The notes under the pieces were generated by a model that saw only the letters and a program-made list of their open reading frames with translations, ran no database searches and was not told the DNA's origin. The position numbers and the translations under genes are program-made. From Nitrospirota bacterium (GTDB lineage Bacteria; Nitrospirota; UBA9217), in assembly GCA_963840455.1 (NCBI GenBank), contig CAWIYV010000014.1, forward strand, positions 256,001 to 320,000: 64,000 nucleotides of DNA. Reading direction: 5' to 3'. This document shows, piece by piece, positions 1 through 9,676 of this stretch. Numbering within the stretch: position 1 is the stretch's first letter; every line of letters begins with the position of its first letter.

Positions 1-1784
1 ATGACAGGCGTAGCCAAGCCTGCAAAGTGAATAGATCTGTCCGAGAGTTTTATGGTGTCATGACAAATATCGCAAGCGCGACCGTCTACGACGACATGTT
101 TATAATGCTTCCCGGAAAGATAGCTATTGTACTCCGTTGTTCCGTAAATATGGCATGATTTGCACTGGTTTTTATCACTTACGGTTATACTTCCTGTATA
201 CCAGTCCGGTGTCTGCGCAGGATCAGATTGCGGGGGGATCCGTTGACCTTGTGCGAGCGTCTGGGTCCTCGGCCCGCCGTGGCAGCTTATTTCAGAGCAT
301 GTTTTTGCAGTCGCATTGAAAGATCCCGTTCCTGTTTTCGCGTTATACACGGCGTCGAAAATGACGTCAACAGTCCCGTTCATATGCTGATCGCACGACC
401 TCGTGTGGCAGGCTGCGCACGTAACGCCGTAGAGCGCCATGTGCTTTGCATGTTTCCCTGCAATGTTCGGATCCGCGGTGCCGGCAGGTGGTATGCCATG
501 GCAGGTTCCGCAGCTTGGTGAAGTCGGGATCGTGGGATGGCACTTCGTGCAGGAGGGGCCGCTTTGCGGCACGCCCCCGAGGTTTGTCCCGTGGCAATAG
601 GCATTCGCGCAGCCCGATGTCCCGGAGGGGGACGTCAGCACAAACGTCCCATGGTTCGAGCACGCGTCTCCCAGCCATCCCGCCGGATGTATGTTCGTAA
701 CTCCTCCCATGTGGCAGCTGGTGCAGGACGGCCCACTGTCGGGAACGCCGGTAAGGAATGCTCCATGGCAATACTGGTTTGCGCATGCGGTGGTCCCGGT
801 CGGGCTCGTATTGACATAAGGGCCATGCGTGCTGTATATGGGGCTCCAATTCGACGGGTGTATGGTCGTGGGGCCGCCCAAATGGCAAAGTGTACAGGAC
901 GGACCGCTGTTGGGAACTCCGGTAAGTGCCGCGCCGTGGCAGGACTGGTTCGCACATTCCGTGGTACCGGTCGGGCTCGTATTGACATAAGGCCCGTGAG
1001 TGCTGTATACGGGGACCCAGCTTGACGGGTGTCCGGAAGTGATACCACCTATATGACAGCTGGTGCAGGATGGGCCGCTGTTGGCGACGCCGGTAAGCGT
1101 TACCCCGTGGCAGTACTGGTTTGCGCAGGGGCTCGTAGTGTTGGCCTTCACATAGGGGCCATGCGTGCTTAATATGGGATTCCAGCCTGCCGGATGTACT
1201 GCAGTGGGGCTTCCCAGATGGCACGCGGTGCAGGACGGTCCGCTGTCTGGGACGCCGGTAAGTGAGGTTCCATGGCAATACTGATTAGAACAGGGGCTTG
1301 TCCCGTTTGAAGTCACATAGGATCCGTGCGTGCTGTATACCGGGGTCCAGTTTGCCGGATGTACGGAAGTGGGGCTTCCCAGATGGCACGCGGTGCAGGA
1401 CGGCCCGCTGTCTGGGACGCCGGTAAGTGAGGTTCCATGGCAATACTGATTAGAACAGGGACTTGTCCCGTTTGAAGACACATAGGATCCGTGCGTGCTG
1501 TATACAGGGGTCCAGTTTGCCGGATGTACGGAAGTGGGACTTCCCAAATGGCATGAGGTGCAGGAAACACCGGACACCCCTCCGCTATAATCAGCGCCGT
1601 GGCAATCGGCGCAGGTGGTGAGGTCCGTATTGGCCGCGGTCATATGTCCGGCCGGAAGCCAGTTGTCAACATGTTTTCCCATGTCGGAATTGAAGTGTGA
1701 TTGGTCGTTCGGATTGCTGCACCCGAGCAGCACCAGGGTCACGATCAGGGCGGTCAGCCAGTGCTTCAGGCTCACTTGTGACAT
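1..1784 (-). CDS. Large repetitive multiheme cytochrome c lipoprotein (CxxxxCH/CxxCH type), 3' end outside the window
   Basis: Hand translation: ATG at 1784 with GAGG RBS, MSQVSLKHWLTALIVTLVLLGC lipobox, frame open to the window edge. 12 CxxCH plus 7 CX4CH motifs (CSNQYCH, CANQYCH, CANQSCH, CANAYCH, CSEISCH). Not in the supplied ORF track. Confidence 0.93.
   Translation of the reverse strand, partial: MSQVSLKHWLTALIVTLVLLGCSNPNDQSHFNSDMGKHVDNWLPAGHMTAANTDLTTCADCHGADYSGGVSGVSCTSCHLGSPTSVHPANWTPVYSTHGSYVSSNGTSPCSNQYCHGTSLTGVPDSGPSCTACHLGSPTSVHPANWTPVYSTHGSYVTSNGTSPCSNQYCHGTSLTGVPDSGPSCTACHLGSPTAVHPAGWNPILSTHGPYVKANTTSPCANQYCHGVTLTGVANSGPSCTSCHIGGITSGHPSSWVPVYSTHGPYVNTSPTGTTECANQSCHGAALTGVPNSGPSCTLCHLGGPTTIHPSNWSPIYSTHGPYVNTSPTGTTACANQYCHGAFLTGVPDSGPSCTSCHMGGVTNIHPAGWLGDACSNHGTFVLTSPSGTSGCANAYCHGTNLGGVPQSGPSCTKCHPTIPTSPSCGTCHGIPPAGTADPNIAGKHAKHMALYGVTCAACHTRSCDQHMNGTVDVIFDAVYNAKTGTGSFNATAKTCSEISCHGGPRTQTLAQGQRIPPQSDPAQTPDWYTGSITVSDKNQCKSCHIYGTTEYNSYLSGKHYKHVVVDGRACDICHDTIKLSDRSIHFAGLATPV
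530..1570 (-). repeat. Intragenic tandem repeats of ~165-175 bp (~55-58 aa, two heme motifs each)
   Basis: gtggggcttcccagatggcacgcggtgcaggacgg occurs at 1204 and 1369 (165 bp apart); about six units, more diverged toward 530. Confidence 0.9.
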
Positions 1785-1819
1785 GTTTTTCACCTCTCAT
1801 TGTTCTGACGTCCGTGGCA
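1772..1819 (-). pseudogene. Relic 3' end of a pentaheme cytochrome gene
   Basis: Translates CHGRQNNER*KTCHK*, versus CHGYKNNERCRTCHR* at the end of 12190..12633. Confidence 0.75.
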
Positions 1820-1905
1820 GAGGATATACCGGCCATCATTAGTTTTTGCTTGCTCGACGCTAAACCATTGGCGCGAAGGAGGAATCCTGTAATGATTCGT
1901 GCAGG

Positions 1906-3357
1906 TCAGGCCTTGATCTTTTCCAGCATCTGATGGATTTCCTTCGGCATGACACCCTTCATGGTCTTGGCGAGGTAGGAACTTGTGGCTATGATGTGGA
2001 CCACCTTGATCATGAACTCTCTCTTCCTCGGGCTCATGGCATCGAGGGTGTTCATCTTGTGCATGTAGAAATCCCGTGCCGCCATGCCGAGCTCCTTCGC
2101 CACCTCTTCCAGGGTCATGTTCTTTGGTTTGATGACCGGCTCGACAAGGTTATACTTGCAGTAATCAAAGACCGCCACGTGCTCCCTGAGGCTGGGGTAG
2201 ATCTCGGAATAAGGCCAGGGTGCGATCGCCAGAAAGAACGCGAGGTCGGGATTATAGAACTTGGCCAGTTCCACGGTCTTACGCATTCCTTCCGCTGTAT
2301 CATCGGGCATGCCGAGCACAAAGGATGTTTCGGAAACGATATCCTGGGCATTGATCAGATCAATAGCACGCTTGGACTCCTCAACCTTGATGTTCTTGTT
2401 GAAAATGTCGAGCATCGCCTGATTCGTGGCCTCGACGCCCACGTAGATATGGTCGATATGCGCCTTTTTATACTTCTCCATGATATCCTCGTCACGGAGA
2501 ATATCGTCAACGCGGGTTTCCATAAGGATCCTGGTGCCCAAGTCCCGCTCGATCAACAGGTCGAGGATTGTTTCCCATCGCTTACGGTCAAGCGTCGGCG
2601 TCTCGTCGGCGAACATGACCACGTTCACGCCGTATAGGTCCCGCAGGTGTTCGAGCTCCGCAACGACGTTCTCGGGGCTCCGGCCCCGCCAGTTCCTCTG
2701 CCAGAACAGCTGCTGAGAGCAGAAGCTGCATCGTTGACTGCATCCGCGCGAGGTGCTGACAATGGCCAGCACCGAGTTCTCCATGGGCTTGTACGTATAG
2801 ATCGGCCAGTCCACGAGGTCCCATGCCATGGGCAGGCTGTCCAGGTCTTTGATGAAAGGCCGGGGAGGTGTGACGCTGACAGAGCCATTCCGGGCAAAAG
2901 CGATGGACCGCACCGAGGACGGATCGCCGTTGCTGGAAAGACAGTTGATGAGATCGACGACCGTTTCCTCGCCTTCACCCATGACGATGTAGTCAACGGG
3001 ATTGCCCGCCGTGGTCAGGATCTCGTCATAACAGTAGGTCGGGTGCACATTCCCGATGATGGTAATGATCCGGGGATCGATCTCTTTGGCCAGCGTGAGG
3101 ACCTTGAGGGCATCCACGATCTCGGCGGTAAACGCCGTGGTACCTACCACATCAGGCTTCTCTGCTTCGATCCGCTTGTGGATGTCATCGTAGGTGTGCC
3201 AGTGGCTCATGGCATCGTATATGACCGGCTCATACCCGGCAGACCGCAGGCTGCCCGCAAGATAGACAAAGGCGACATTCATCCATACGCCCGCCGACTC
3301 GACAACACCCGAATGGTAGGGCGGGGTGATCAAAAGTATTTTTTTAATCCTGCTCAT
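1906..3357 (-). CDS. B12-binding domain / radical SAM protein (class B methyltransferase or BchE-like)
   Basis: N-terminal cobalamin-binding-like domain (PDVVGTTAF...GNVHPT), TSRGCSQRCSFC CX3CX2C motif, YVGVEA. Confidence 0.9.
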   Translation of the reverse strand: MSRIKKILLITPPYHSGVVESAGVWMNVAFVYLAGSLRSAGYEPVIYDAMSHWHTYDDIHKRIEAEKPDVVGTTAFTAEIVDALKVLTLAKEIDPRIITIIGNVHPTYCYDEILTTAGNPVDYIVMGEGEETVVDLINCLSSNGDPSSVRSIAFARNGSVSVTPPRPFIKDLDSLPMAWDLVDWPIYTYKPMENSVLAIVSTSRGCSQRCSFCSQQLFWQRNWRGRSPENVVAELEHLRDLYGVNVVMFADETPTLDRKRWETILDLLIERDLGTRILMETRVDDILRDEDIMEKYKKAHIDHIYVGVEATNQAMLDIFNKNIKVEESKRAIDLINAQDIVSETSFVLGMPDDTAEGMRKTVELAKFYNPDLAFFLAIAPWPYSEIYPSLREHVAVFDYCKYNLVEPVIKPKNMTLEEVAKELGMAARDFYMHKMNTLDAMSPRKREFMIKVVHIIATSSYLAKTMKGVMPKEIHQMLEKIKA

Positions 3358-3521
3358 AGGTTCTCATAATATGCAAATTAATGCTGTAAATCAACTGAAA
3401 CATCAGAGAAACGCACTGTCTTGGGTCTGGAACAAGATCCGCCTCACCACGGGGACTTTATTCCGTCACGGACCGTGGTGAGGGCATATGCCCTAAATTG
3501 CCACCCAGGGTTGAGAGAGCG

Positions 3522-3866
3522 CTAATGATGAAACGTCATCGTGTACTGCCAGAACGTACCCAGCCCGAACACGACCAAAAGTATTGCATGTTTCATGATC
3601 AACATCTTCCTTCGTGATGCTTCAGCATCTTTTCCATACACATCAGGGATATACGTAAAAGTTCTCCCCGCACCAGCTCCAAAAACGATGAATACACATA
3701 CAATGCCGATATAAAAGAACTCCTTTTGCAACGAACGAATGGCATCCTGAGATCCAGGCCCGAGAATGACCTTCTCCAGACGGTATACGGCAAGCACAGT
3801 CGCTACCCAGCAACCTGCGGCAAAATCATGAATAAACCCGATCATTATGGTAAATATTTTTTTCAT
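3522..3866 (-). CDS. Small membrane protein with about 3 TM helices and His residues (CopD/DUF4149-like)
   Basis: 114 aa, hydrophobic segments, HDFAAGCW and KHAILL; co-oriented in the operon. Confidence 0.75.
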   Translation of the reverse strand: MKKIFTIMIGFIHDFAAGCWVATVLAVYRLEKVILGPGSQDAIRSLQKEFFYIGIVCVFIVFGAGAGRTFTYIPDVYGKDAEASRRKMLIMKHAILLVVFGLGTFWQYTMTFHH

Positions 3867-4063
3867 TCAATACGCCTTTTCGGCTACCTACAATTATCAG
3901 TCCAGCGCGGCTTCGGTATGCAAGTCCATCAGATCAAGCATGGTGGTAAAGATTGTGCTGAGCAACCCGGGCATGCTGTTTAAATTATTACACATGCACT
4001 TGCTGCCCGCAGGGATGCCTGCAGGGTAAAATGTCCTCGTGGCCCGGCGGAAATGTCCCGGAC

Positions 4064-5602
4064 CTACCGGGATGGAGGGGCATCCTTCCCCATCTTCCCC
4101 TTGTCCCGCTTCTTCAGTCTCTGTTGCTCCGACTTGAGGCCGGCCGGATGATCGGCCAGCGCCTGCTCCTCTGCCTTGGTTTTGTACCATCCTAGTGGAC
4201 GCTCGGCCTGGTCTTTAAAAGTGGACAAAGCATCATCCCGAAGCTTGGCAGCCTCGGCATCGGCCTGCGCAACGAGGATCTCATCCACCACCTGCGGGCA
4301 GGAGGCGACCGAACCCGGCCTGGCCTCGATTTCCTCGCGTACGCTTGGCTCGATCTTCGGGTCCTTGGCGGTCAGCATTTTGAGCTCGATCGAGAAATTG
4401 ACGTATCTCTCCAGCATGCGAAAGATAGCGGAATCTCCCATCGCGCCTGCGGACCGCTCCTCATCAGGCAGGGGCGAGACCTTGCCGTTCTCGATCTTGG
4501 CCCGGCCCACCATCTCGCAACCGGTCCCGCTATCGGTCGTGTAGCCGAGGTTATCGGTGATGACCGCAAGGACCGTCGGCACGTTCGCCAGGTCCCAGTG
4601 CGCCAGGAGCCCCACCTCCCCGTCCGGCAAGGGTTTGAGATCGTCAATGCTCATGGCCAGCACGCGCGACCACGGGGGAACCGGCCTTGTGCGCTTTTTT
4701 GGAGGCAGGCCTGTTACGCAACGCCGCAGGGAATCATCGAACAGGTTGGTGGCAGTCTCGGCCTCGCCCAGGACATTGACGCAATGTGAGCCGGGGATCC
4801 CGATGATCTCCTGCACCATGGCATAATAGTCATCGCGGGTCACGACACCGAACCGGCCGCGATAGCCGCCTCCATCGCAGATACGGCTTCCGGGAGGCAG
4901 CCGGAAGGACATCTTCTTCCGGCGGCATGCCTGGAAGAAATAGACATATGCCGATGTCGCGCCGATGAGCGCAACCGGTAGGCCGCTTGCCTCGGACTCG
5001 CGCAGGGCCTTGATCAGGGCGTTGACATCGATCCCCGACTTCCCGAGCAAAAATTGGCTGTCCGGTGTGCCGAAATGCTGCCGGGTCTGCTCCATGCCGA
5101 TCGCCATACCCATCGAAGGCGCCATTTCAGGGCTCGGCGCCAGAATGAGGATACGGCAGCGCTTGCCGTCCCTGAAGTCCGGGAAAAGGTACGATCCTGT
5201 CATCATCCGGTTCGCCGCGAACACAAGGCGTTTGCCGTCCTCATCCCGGAAAATGCGGCCGCGCTGAGTAAGGCTGGTGGTCCCGCCGGTGAGGCAGGCC
5301 ATCACTGACTTTTCCAGCGGAAAGGACGCTACGAGGTGCGTCTTGAACACATCGTTGTACACCATGGGGATGTCCTGCCAACGATCGATATCACCGGGCC
5401 TCACGTTCTTTGTATCGCAGAACTCCCGAAAGATGGCATTCACCGTGTAATGAAGCGTGAACATCCTGAGACAATACTCATTGAAATTTGGAACCACACC
5501 ATCAACGCCCGCCTCAATGAACGTGAGGACGTCTTCGGTCAAGCGGTGACGCTCAGCTTCCGCATCAGAAGGGGTCAATCGGGTCGAGGGCAACGCGTTC
5601 AT
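4064..5602 (-). CDS. LuxE/PaaK-like acyl-protein synthetase with a C-terminal extension
   Basis: LTGGTT loop, DGGGYRGR, GEAET, DLANVPTVLAVITDNLG and GRA match LuxE-family motifs; ~140 aa charged tail. Confidence 0.8.
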   Translation of the reverse strand: MNALPSTRLTPSDAEAERHRLTEDVLTFIEAGVDGVVPNFNEYCLRMFTLHYTVNAIFREFCDTKNVRPGDIDRWQDIPMVYNDVFKTHLVASFPLEKSVMACLTGGTTSLTQRGRIFRDEDGKRLVFAANRMMTGSYLFPDFRDGKRCRILILAPSPEMAPSMGMAIGMEQTRQHFGTPDSQFLLGKSGIDVNALIKALRESEASGLPVALIGATSAYVYFFQACRRKKMSFRLPPGSRICDGGGYRGRFGVVTRDDYYAMVQEIIGIPGSHCVNVLGEAETATNLFDDSLRRCVTGLPPKKRTRPVPPWSRVLAMSIDDLKPLPDGEVGLLAHWDLANVPTVLAVITDNLGYTTDSGTGCEMVGRAKIENGKVSPLPDEERSAGAMGDSAIFRMLERYVNFSIELKMLTAKDPKIEPSVREEIEARPGSVASCPQVVDEILVAQADAEAAKLRDDALSTFKDQAERPLGWYKTKAEEQALADHPAGLKSEQQRLKKRDKGKMGKDAPPSR

Positions 5603-5636
5603 ACTCCATGTCTCCCTTGAAAATTCAAACTCACCA

Positions 5637-5714
5637 TGAATCCAGGAGCGATTAGAATAACGATACTTCCTTAAAGATCGAAGATTCCCTGCAGCTTGCT
5701 GCAGGGAGCTTCAA
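5637..5714 (+). repeat. Double-hairpin element, copy lacking the left hairpin
   Basis: tgaatccaggagcga joined directly to ttagaataa...ccctgcagcttgctgcagggagcttcaa. Confidence 0.85.
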
Positions 5715-5762
5715 TAAGCCACTCTCTTTTACTTTGATCTAATCTTATTCTTCCTGCACGCC

Positions 5763-7106
5763 CTACAAAAGGCGCCTTTTGCCACGCACAATATCTCGTG
5801 ATGCCTTCCATTTTTCATAGGCTAGTTTATATCCATGCCGTACCGGGATTTGGTTCATGAGCGACAAAATGTGCGCTTCGGGGAAGCCGGCCCTCGGGAT
5901 CTTGAACATATGACGCAATACCCTCCCCAGGCGCAGCACCTCAAGCGAAGTCTCGTAGAATTGCTCTTCCCGCACCTCCGGGGTCATGGCCGGATCCGGA
6001 TGGTCGAACAACGCGTAAGCGCCGGTATAATATTCCCAGCCCATATCCTTAAAGAGATAGGGTTCATACTGCTCGCGAAGTTTGGTTCCCGGGTAAGGCA
6101 CGACCAGGGACGGGTGCATGCTCACGCCCAGCCGGTCGGCAAGTTCTACGGATCGCTTGAAATCATCCAGTGAATCCACACGGCTGCCGAGCATATAGAA
6201 GAGCGATACGTCGATTCCGTGGTCCCTGATCGTGCGCACTGCCCGCTCCCGGTCAAGGCCGATCTTCCCGTCGGCCCCGTATGCCTTCAAACTATCATCG
6301 GATATAGCGTCCCATCCGACCCAGACGGTCCGCATACCGCTCTCTCGGGCCGCGTTCAGCATCCTCTCCCCGGCGGGCGACAGCACCGGGCGGAGGCTGC
6401 CGAAGCCCATCCACGTTTTTTTACTTCCCTTGAGCGCCGTGAACAGATCGATGGCGCGCTGCTCCGTGCCTGTCCACCAGATGTTTTCGTCGCCGTTAAT
6501 ATACATCTTTTCCGGTATCGCGGCCACATCGCGCACCACATGACCAATAGGCCGAAACCGCACTTTCCCACCGTAGAACGGTTTGACCGAACAGAACGAG
6601 CAATTGTACGGGCATCCCCGCGAAGTGTTCACGACGCGGAACTGGTGCTTGCGTTTGCCTTGCAGTAATCCGTAGAGCGGCGTCGGAAGGTCATCCAGTT
6701 CGATCTGCTCACCCCGGTAAAATGGCTTAAGTTGGCCGGCCCGAAAGTCCTTCATGACCTGAGGCCAGACCGATTCCGCCTCGCCGATGACCACGGCATC
6801 TCCGTGCTGTTTCGCTTCCTCCGGCATGGCGGAAGCATGCATGTTGCCGAACACGACCTTGGCCCCCCGTGCCCGCAGCTTCTCGGCGATCCGATACCCC
6901 GGCACCGCGGTCGGCGTCAGGATGCTGATGGCCACCAGATCGCACTGCACCCGCTCGATAGCTTCGGGGTCGGCACTGGCGCTGATCAGCTCGATCTCGA
7001 TGCTTGGGTCCGCACGACGCGTGAGCGCTGCGAGATACTCAAGGCTCGGAGGCGCCACCGGTGTCCAGCCGAACGGCAATGGAGGGAAGATAATACAGAG
7101 TTTCAT
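5763..7106 (-). CDS. Second B12-binding domain / radical SAM protein
   Basis: DLVAIS...GNMHAS B12-like domain, TSRGCPYNCSFC; ATG at 7106 preferred to the upstream GTG. Confidence 0.9.
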   Translation of the reverse strand: MKLCIIFPPLPFGWTPVAPPSLEYLAALTRRADPSIEIELISASADPEAIERVQCDLVAISILTPTAVPGYRIAEKLRARGAKVVFGNMHASAMPEEAKQHGDAVVIGEAESVWPQVMKDFRAGQLKPFYRGEQIELDDLPTPLYGLLQGKRKHQFRVVNTSRGCPYNCSFCSVKPFYGGKVRFRPIGHVVRDVAAIPEKMYINGDENIWWTGTEQRAIDLFTALKGSKKTWMGFGSLRPVLSPAGERMLNAARESGMRTVWVGWDAISDDSLKAYGADGKIGLDRERAVRTIRDHGIDVSLFYMLGSRVDSLDDFKRSVELADRLGVSMHPSLVVPYPGTKLREQYEPYLFKDMGWEYYTGAYALFDHPDPAMTPEVREEQFYETSLEVLRLGRVLRHMFKIPRAGFPEAHILSLMNQIPVRHGYKLAYEKWKASRDIVRGKRRLL

Positions 7107-7128
7107 TGTCAACACTCGGTTTTCAGCA

Positions 7129-7269
7129 TTGAAGCTCCCTGCAGCAAGACTTCGGCGAGTTCAGTCGAGTCGCTGGAGGGAATCTTCGATCCTCAAGGTA
7201 GTACTATTTATTCTAATTGCTCGCTAACCCCGCAGCAAGCAACGGGGAATGCGCTCGCTCCTGGATTCA
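7129..7269 (-). repeat. Double-hairpin element, full copy with a 24-nt insertion
   Basis: Reverse complement of the consensus, with extra acttcggcgagttcagtcgagtcg at 7149-7172. Confidence 0.9.
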
Positions 7270-7297
7270 GCAGTTGATGGCTTCCAGCCCCTTCTCC

Positions 7298-8122
7298 TCA
7301 GTGTTCGATGCGGAATCCGCTGTGGAACGTTTCCACAGTGAACGGAATACCCCAATAACTGACGATCATTGCCATCAATGCTATCAGCGCATACCACGCA
7401 AGCTTCTTGCCGCGCCAGCCGAAGGTTATCCGCAAATGGAGATAGATACCGTAAATAAGCCAGGATATAAGAGACCAGACCTCCACGGGGTCCCAGTTCC
7501 AGTAAGTGCCCTTCACTTGATTCGCCCAGAATGCACCAGATACGATCATAAGCCCATACAGGATGAACCCGCCTGCGACAAACCGGTATCCAAGATTATC
7601 GAGGACCTGCAGCTCAGGCAGCTTGTCATAGATGCCCCCGGAGTTCCGTTCTTTGAGCAGGTACATCAGACCCATACCTGCCGCGGTCAAGACCGCACCG
7701 AACCCGGCTGCCGCGCCGATGATATGAGCCCAGATCCATCCGCTCTGCAGCGCGGGGGACAACTGGGTTGCCGCATCCTTCACGAGCGTTCCCGCCCATC
7801 CCATGAGCACAAAGGCCACCGGCATGACGAGTACGCCGAGCGGCCGGACCTTTTTATTCATGAACTCGAACGTGAGGAATATCAGCACCGCGCAGAAGAT
7901 TCCGAATGTGATGGATTCCGAGATCGTAATGAACGGGCTAATGCCGGTCCTCATCCAGCGGAGAGCAATGACAAGGACATGGGGGACGAACCCGGCGAGG
8001 GTGCTGTACAGGCCGAAAGCAAAGAGTTTATCATGCTTCGAGATAATGCCGAAAATATAACTGCACGCACTCAATCCGTAAAGTCCCACGGCGATCCAAA
8101 ACAACATGTGTTCAGTCTTCAT
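7298..8122 (-). CDS. ccsA: System II cytochrome c synthase, CcsA/ResC subunit
   Basis: WWD-type motif WANQVKGTYWNWDPVEVW, conserved His (WAH, YLH), 8 TM segments. Confidence 0.93.
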   Translation of the reverse strand: MKTEHMLFWIAVGLYGLSACSYIFGIISKHDKLFAFGLYSTLAGFVPHVLVIALRWMRTGISPFITISESITFGIFCAVLIFLTFEFMNKKVRPLGVLVMPVAFVLMGWAGTLVKDAATQLSPALQSGWIWAHIIGAAAGFGAVLTAAGMGLMYLLKERNSGGIYDKLPELQVLDNLGYRFVAGGFILYGLMIVSGAFWANQVKGTYWNWDPVEVWSLISWLIYGIYLHLRITFGWRGKKLAWYALIALMAMIVSYWGIPFTVETFHSGFRIEH

Positions 8123-8241
8123 ATGCGCTCCTTATCGTTCCTCGTGAAAAGCCGTGAAATACCTGCAGTGCATTACCTCCGGCCGTCATAGTCCTTTTCA
8201 GTAATTCCGTGTCTGTGCAAGAGGATCACGATTTTTTACGT

Positions 8242-9366
8242 TCACGCGATCTTCTCTTCGAACCTGCTCCTTCTCATCCGCCCGATGAACGTCAAGATCA
8301 TGCCGCCCAAACCGACCCAAAGACTGGTCAGTACGATCGGTTTTCCCGGCTCATAGCGCACATTCATTCCAACCCAATAGCGAACTTCTTTTGCTTCAAG
8401 GTAATAATTGCCAACGTTCACCCTATTGCCGATGGCCGCTTTGCCTTCTGCAACAGCATATCCGCCCGGTCCCGGATCCTCTCCTTGAATCGGCCATACC
8501 TGGTAAAACGCTTCTCCAGCCCTCTCCCTTCCCTTGAGCAACGACGGACGATAGGCAACCTGGATACCGAACAGGGGCTTCAACGGGTCCTGCGGAAAGG
8601 GGAATGGTCCCGGACCCTCCCTTGTGCCGGTCGTGTAGAGATAGGATTCGTCCTTCTGTTTAAGGCTTTGAAGCGGAACATGTGCACCATAGAGTGCCTT
8701 TCCTGACTTATTATAAAGCATGATCAGGAGAGAATAGCCTTCTTTGTCACGGAAGTAGTCGAAACCATTATTGTCAAGCTTGTGCGTAACATAAATTATC
8801 CCCTGTTTTCTTGAGCGGCCTTCGCCTACAGCAACCTCATACGCCACTTGTTTATCTGCGCCATCTACGCTGTAATCTCTGTGCATTTGTATGAGGGTGG
8901 TTTCGCCTTTCAGCTTTGAAAAGGCGAAGAAACGTCCATGGTCGAACGCGTCATAGCTCTGTGGGTCGCCACTCGGGAGGGTCTCCCCTTCGGTCAGCCT
9001 GATCGTGCCTCGGAAGTAAAACAGGCTGTTATAGATGACTCCGCCCAGCATGGCAACAAAGCTTACGTGGAACAGGATCATGCCGAGCGAGATCAACGTC
9101 ACTTTCCTGCCCCATATCCTGCCGAAAAAGCAGAACGCCACATTCAGTACGAGAAGAACGAGAAGACCGTTGAACCAGAGCGTATTGAATATTAATGACC
9201 AGGCCTGTTCTCCACGAAGGACCGTGACTCCTGCCACACAGCACAGGAGAAGGGTGATCAGCAATACCAGGGCAAGCCTGGCCGATGCCATGAAATTGTA
9301 TGTCTTCCGCACGACAAGGGGGAACAGCTTATGGGGAGGATCAGGTGATGCGTTATTATATGGCAT
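8242..9366 (-). CDS. resB: ResB/CcsB-like cytochrome c biogenesis protein
   Basis: Three N-terminal TMs with FH, large periplasmic domain, C-terminal EPG plus TM; adjacent to ccsA. Confidence 0.85.
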   Translation of the reverse strand: MPYNNASPDPPHKLFPLVVRKTYNFMASARLALVLLITLLLCCVAGVTVLRGEQAWSLIFNTLWFNGLLVLLVLNVAFCFFGRIWGRKVTLISLGMILFHVSFVAMLGGVIYNSLFYFRGTIRLTEGETLPSGDPQSYDAFDHGRFFAFSKLKGETTLIQMHRDYSVDGADKQVAYEVAVGEGRSRKQGIIYVTHKLDNNGFDYFRDKEGYSLLIMLYNKSGKALYGAHVPLQSLKQKDESYLYTTGTREGPGPFPFPQDPLKPLFGIQVAYRPSLLKGRERAGEAFYQVWPIQGEDPGPGGYAVAEGKAAIGNRVNVGNYYLEAKEVRYWVGMNVRYEPGKPIVLTSLWVGLGGMILTFIGRMRRSRFEEKIA

Positions 9367-9623
9367 CGTATTTAATATTACTATAGCAGTTCACTGAATT
9401 GAATTGCGCCAGGCCCTTCGATCCGACGAGACTAAGCACAGGACCCATGCGGCAACTCTATAATAGAAAGTGAACCATCTCTATACCCAAAACAGCATGA
9501 TATTTCATTGCAGCGGAGAAGATCAGCGGTTTTGACGTAAAAAATAACGGGACAAACCCTGCATGCCGAAACGGGTAGTACTACTATCACCGTCATATGG
9601 GCATTCATGACTGTGATAAGAAC

Positions 9624-9652
9624 AAAAAGCCCCGCCTTTTCGGGCAGGGCTT
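9624..9652 (-). terminator. Intrinsic terminator after the large cytochrome gene
   Basis: Minus strand reads aagccctgcccgaaaaggcggggcttttt. Confidence 0.75.
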
Positions 9653-9676
9653 GATGTATGATACTACGATCAAACG

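Noticed and set aside
367-1570. Listed ORFs 367..1278, 1313..1570 and others in this interval
   Set aside because: They are alternative frames of the cytochrome gene 1..1784.
1790-1792. TGA read as selenocysteine in a UxxCH heme motif
   Set aside because: No plausible start, signal peptide or full-length frame upstream, and no SECIS recognised; a nonsense change in a relic is simpler.
9400-9610. Possible c-di-GMP (GEMM) riboswitch upstream of resB
   Set aside because: The GGCAAAC...GAAA...GCAAAG pattern is not present on the sense (minus) strand; an Infernal search would be needed.
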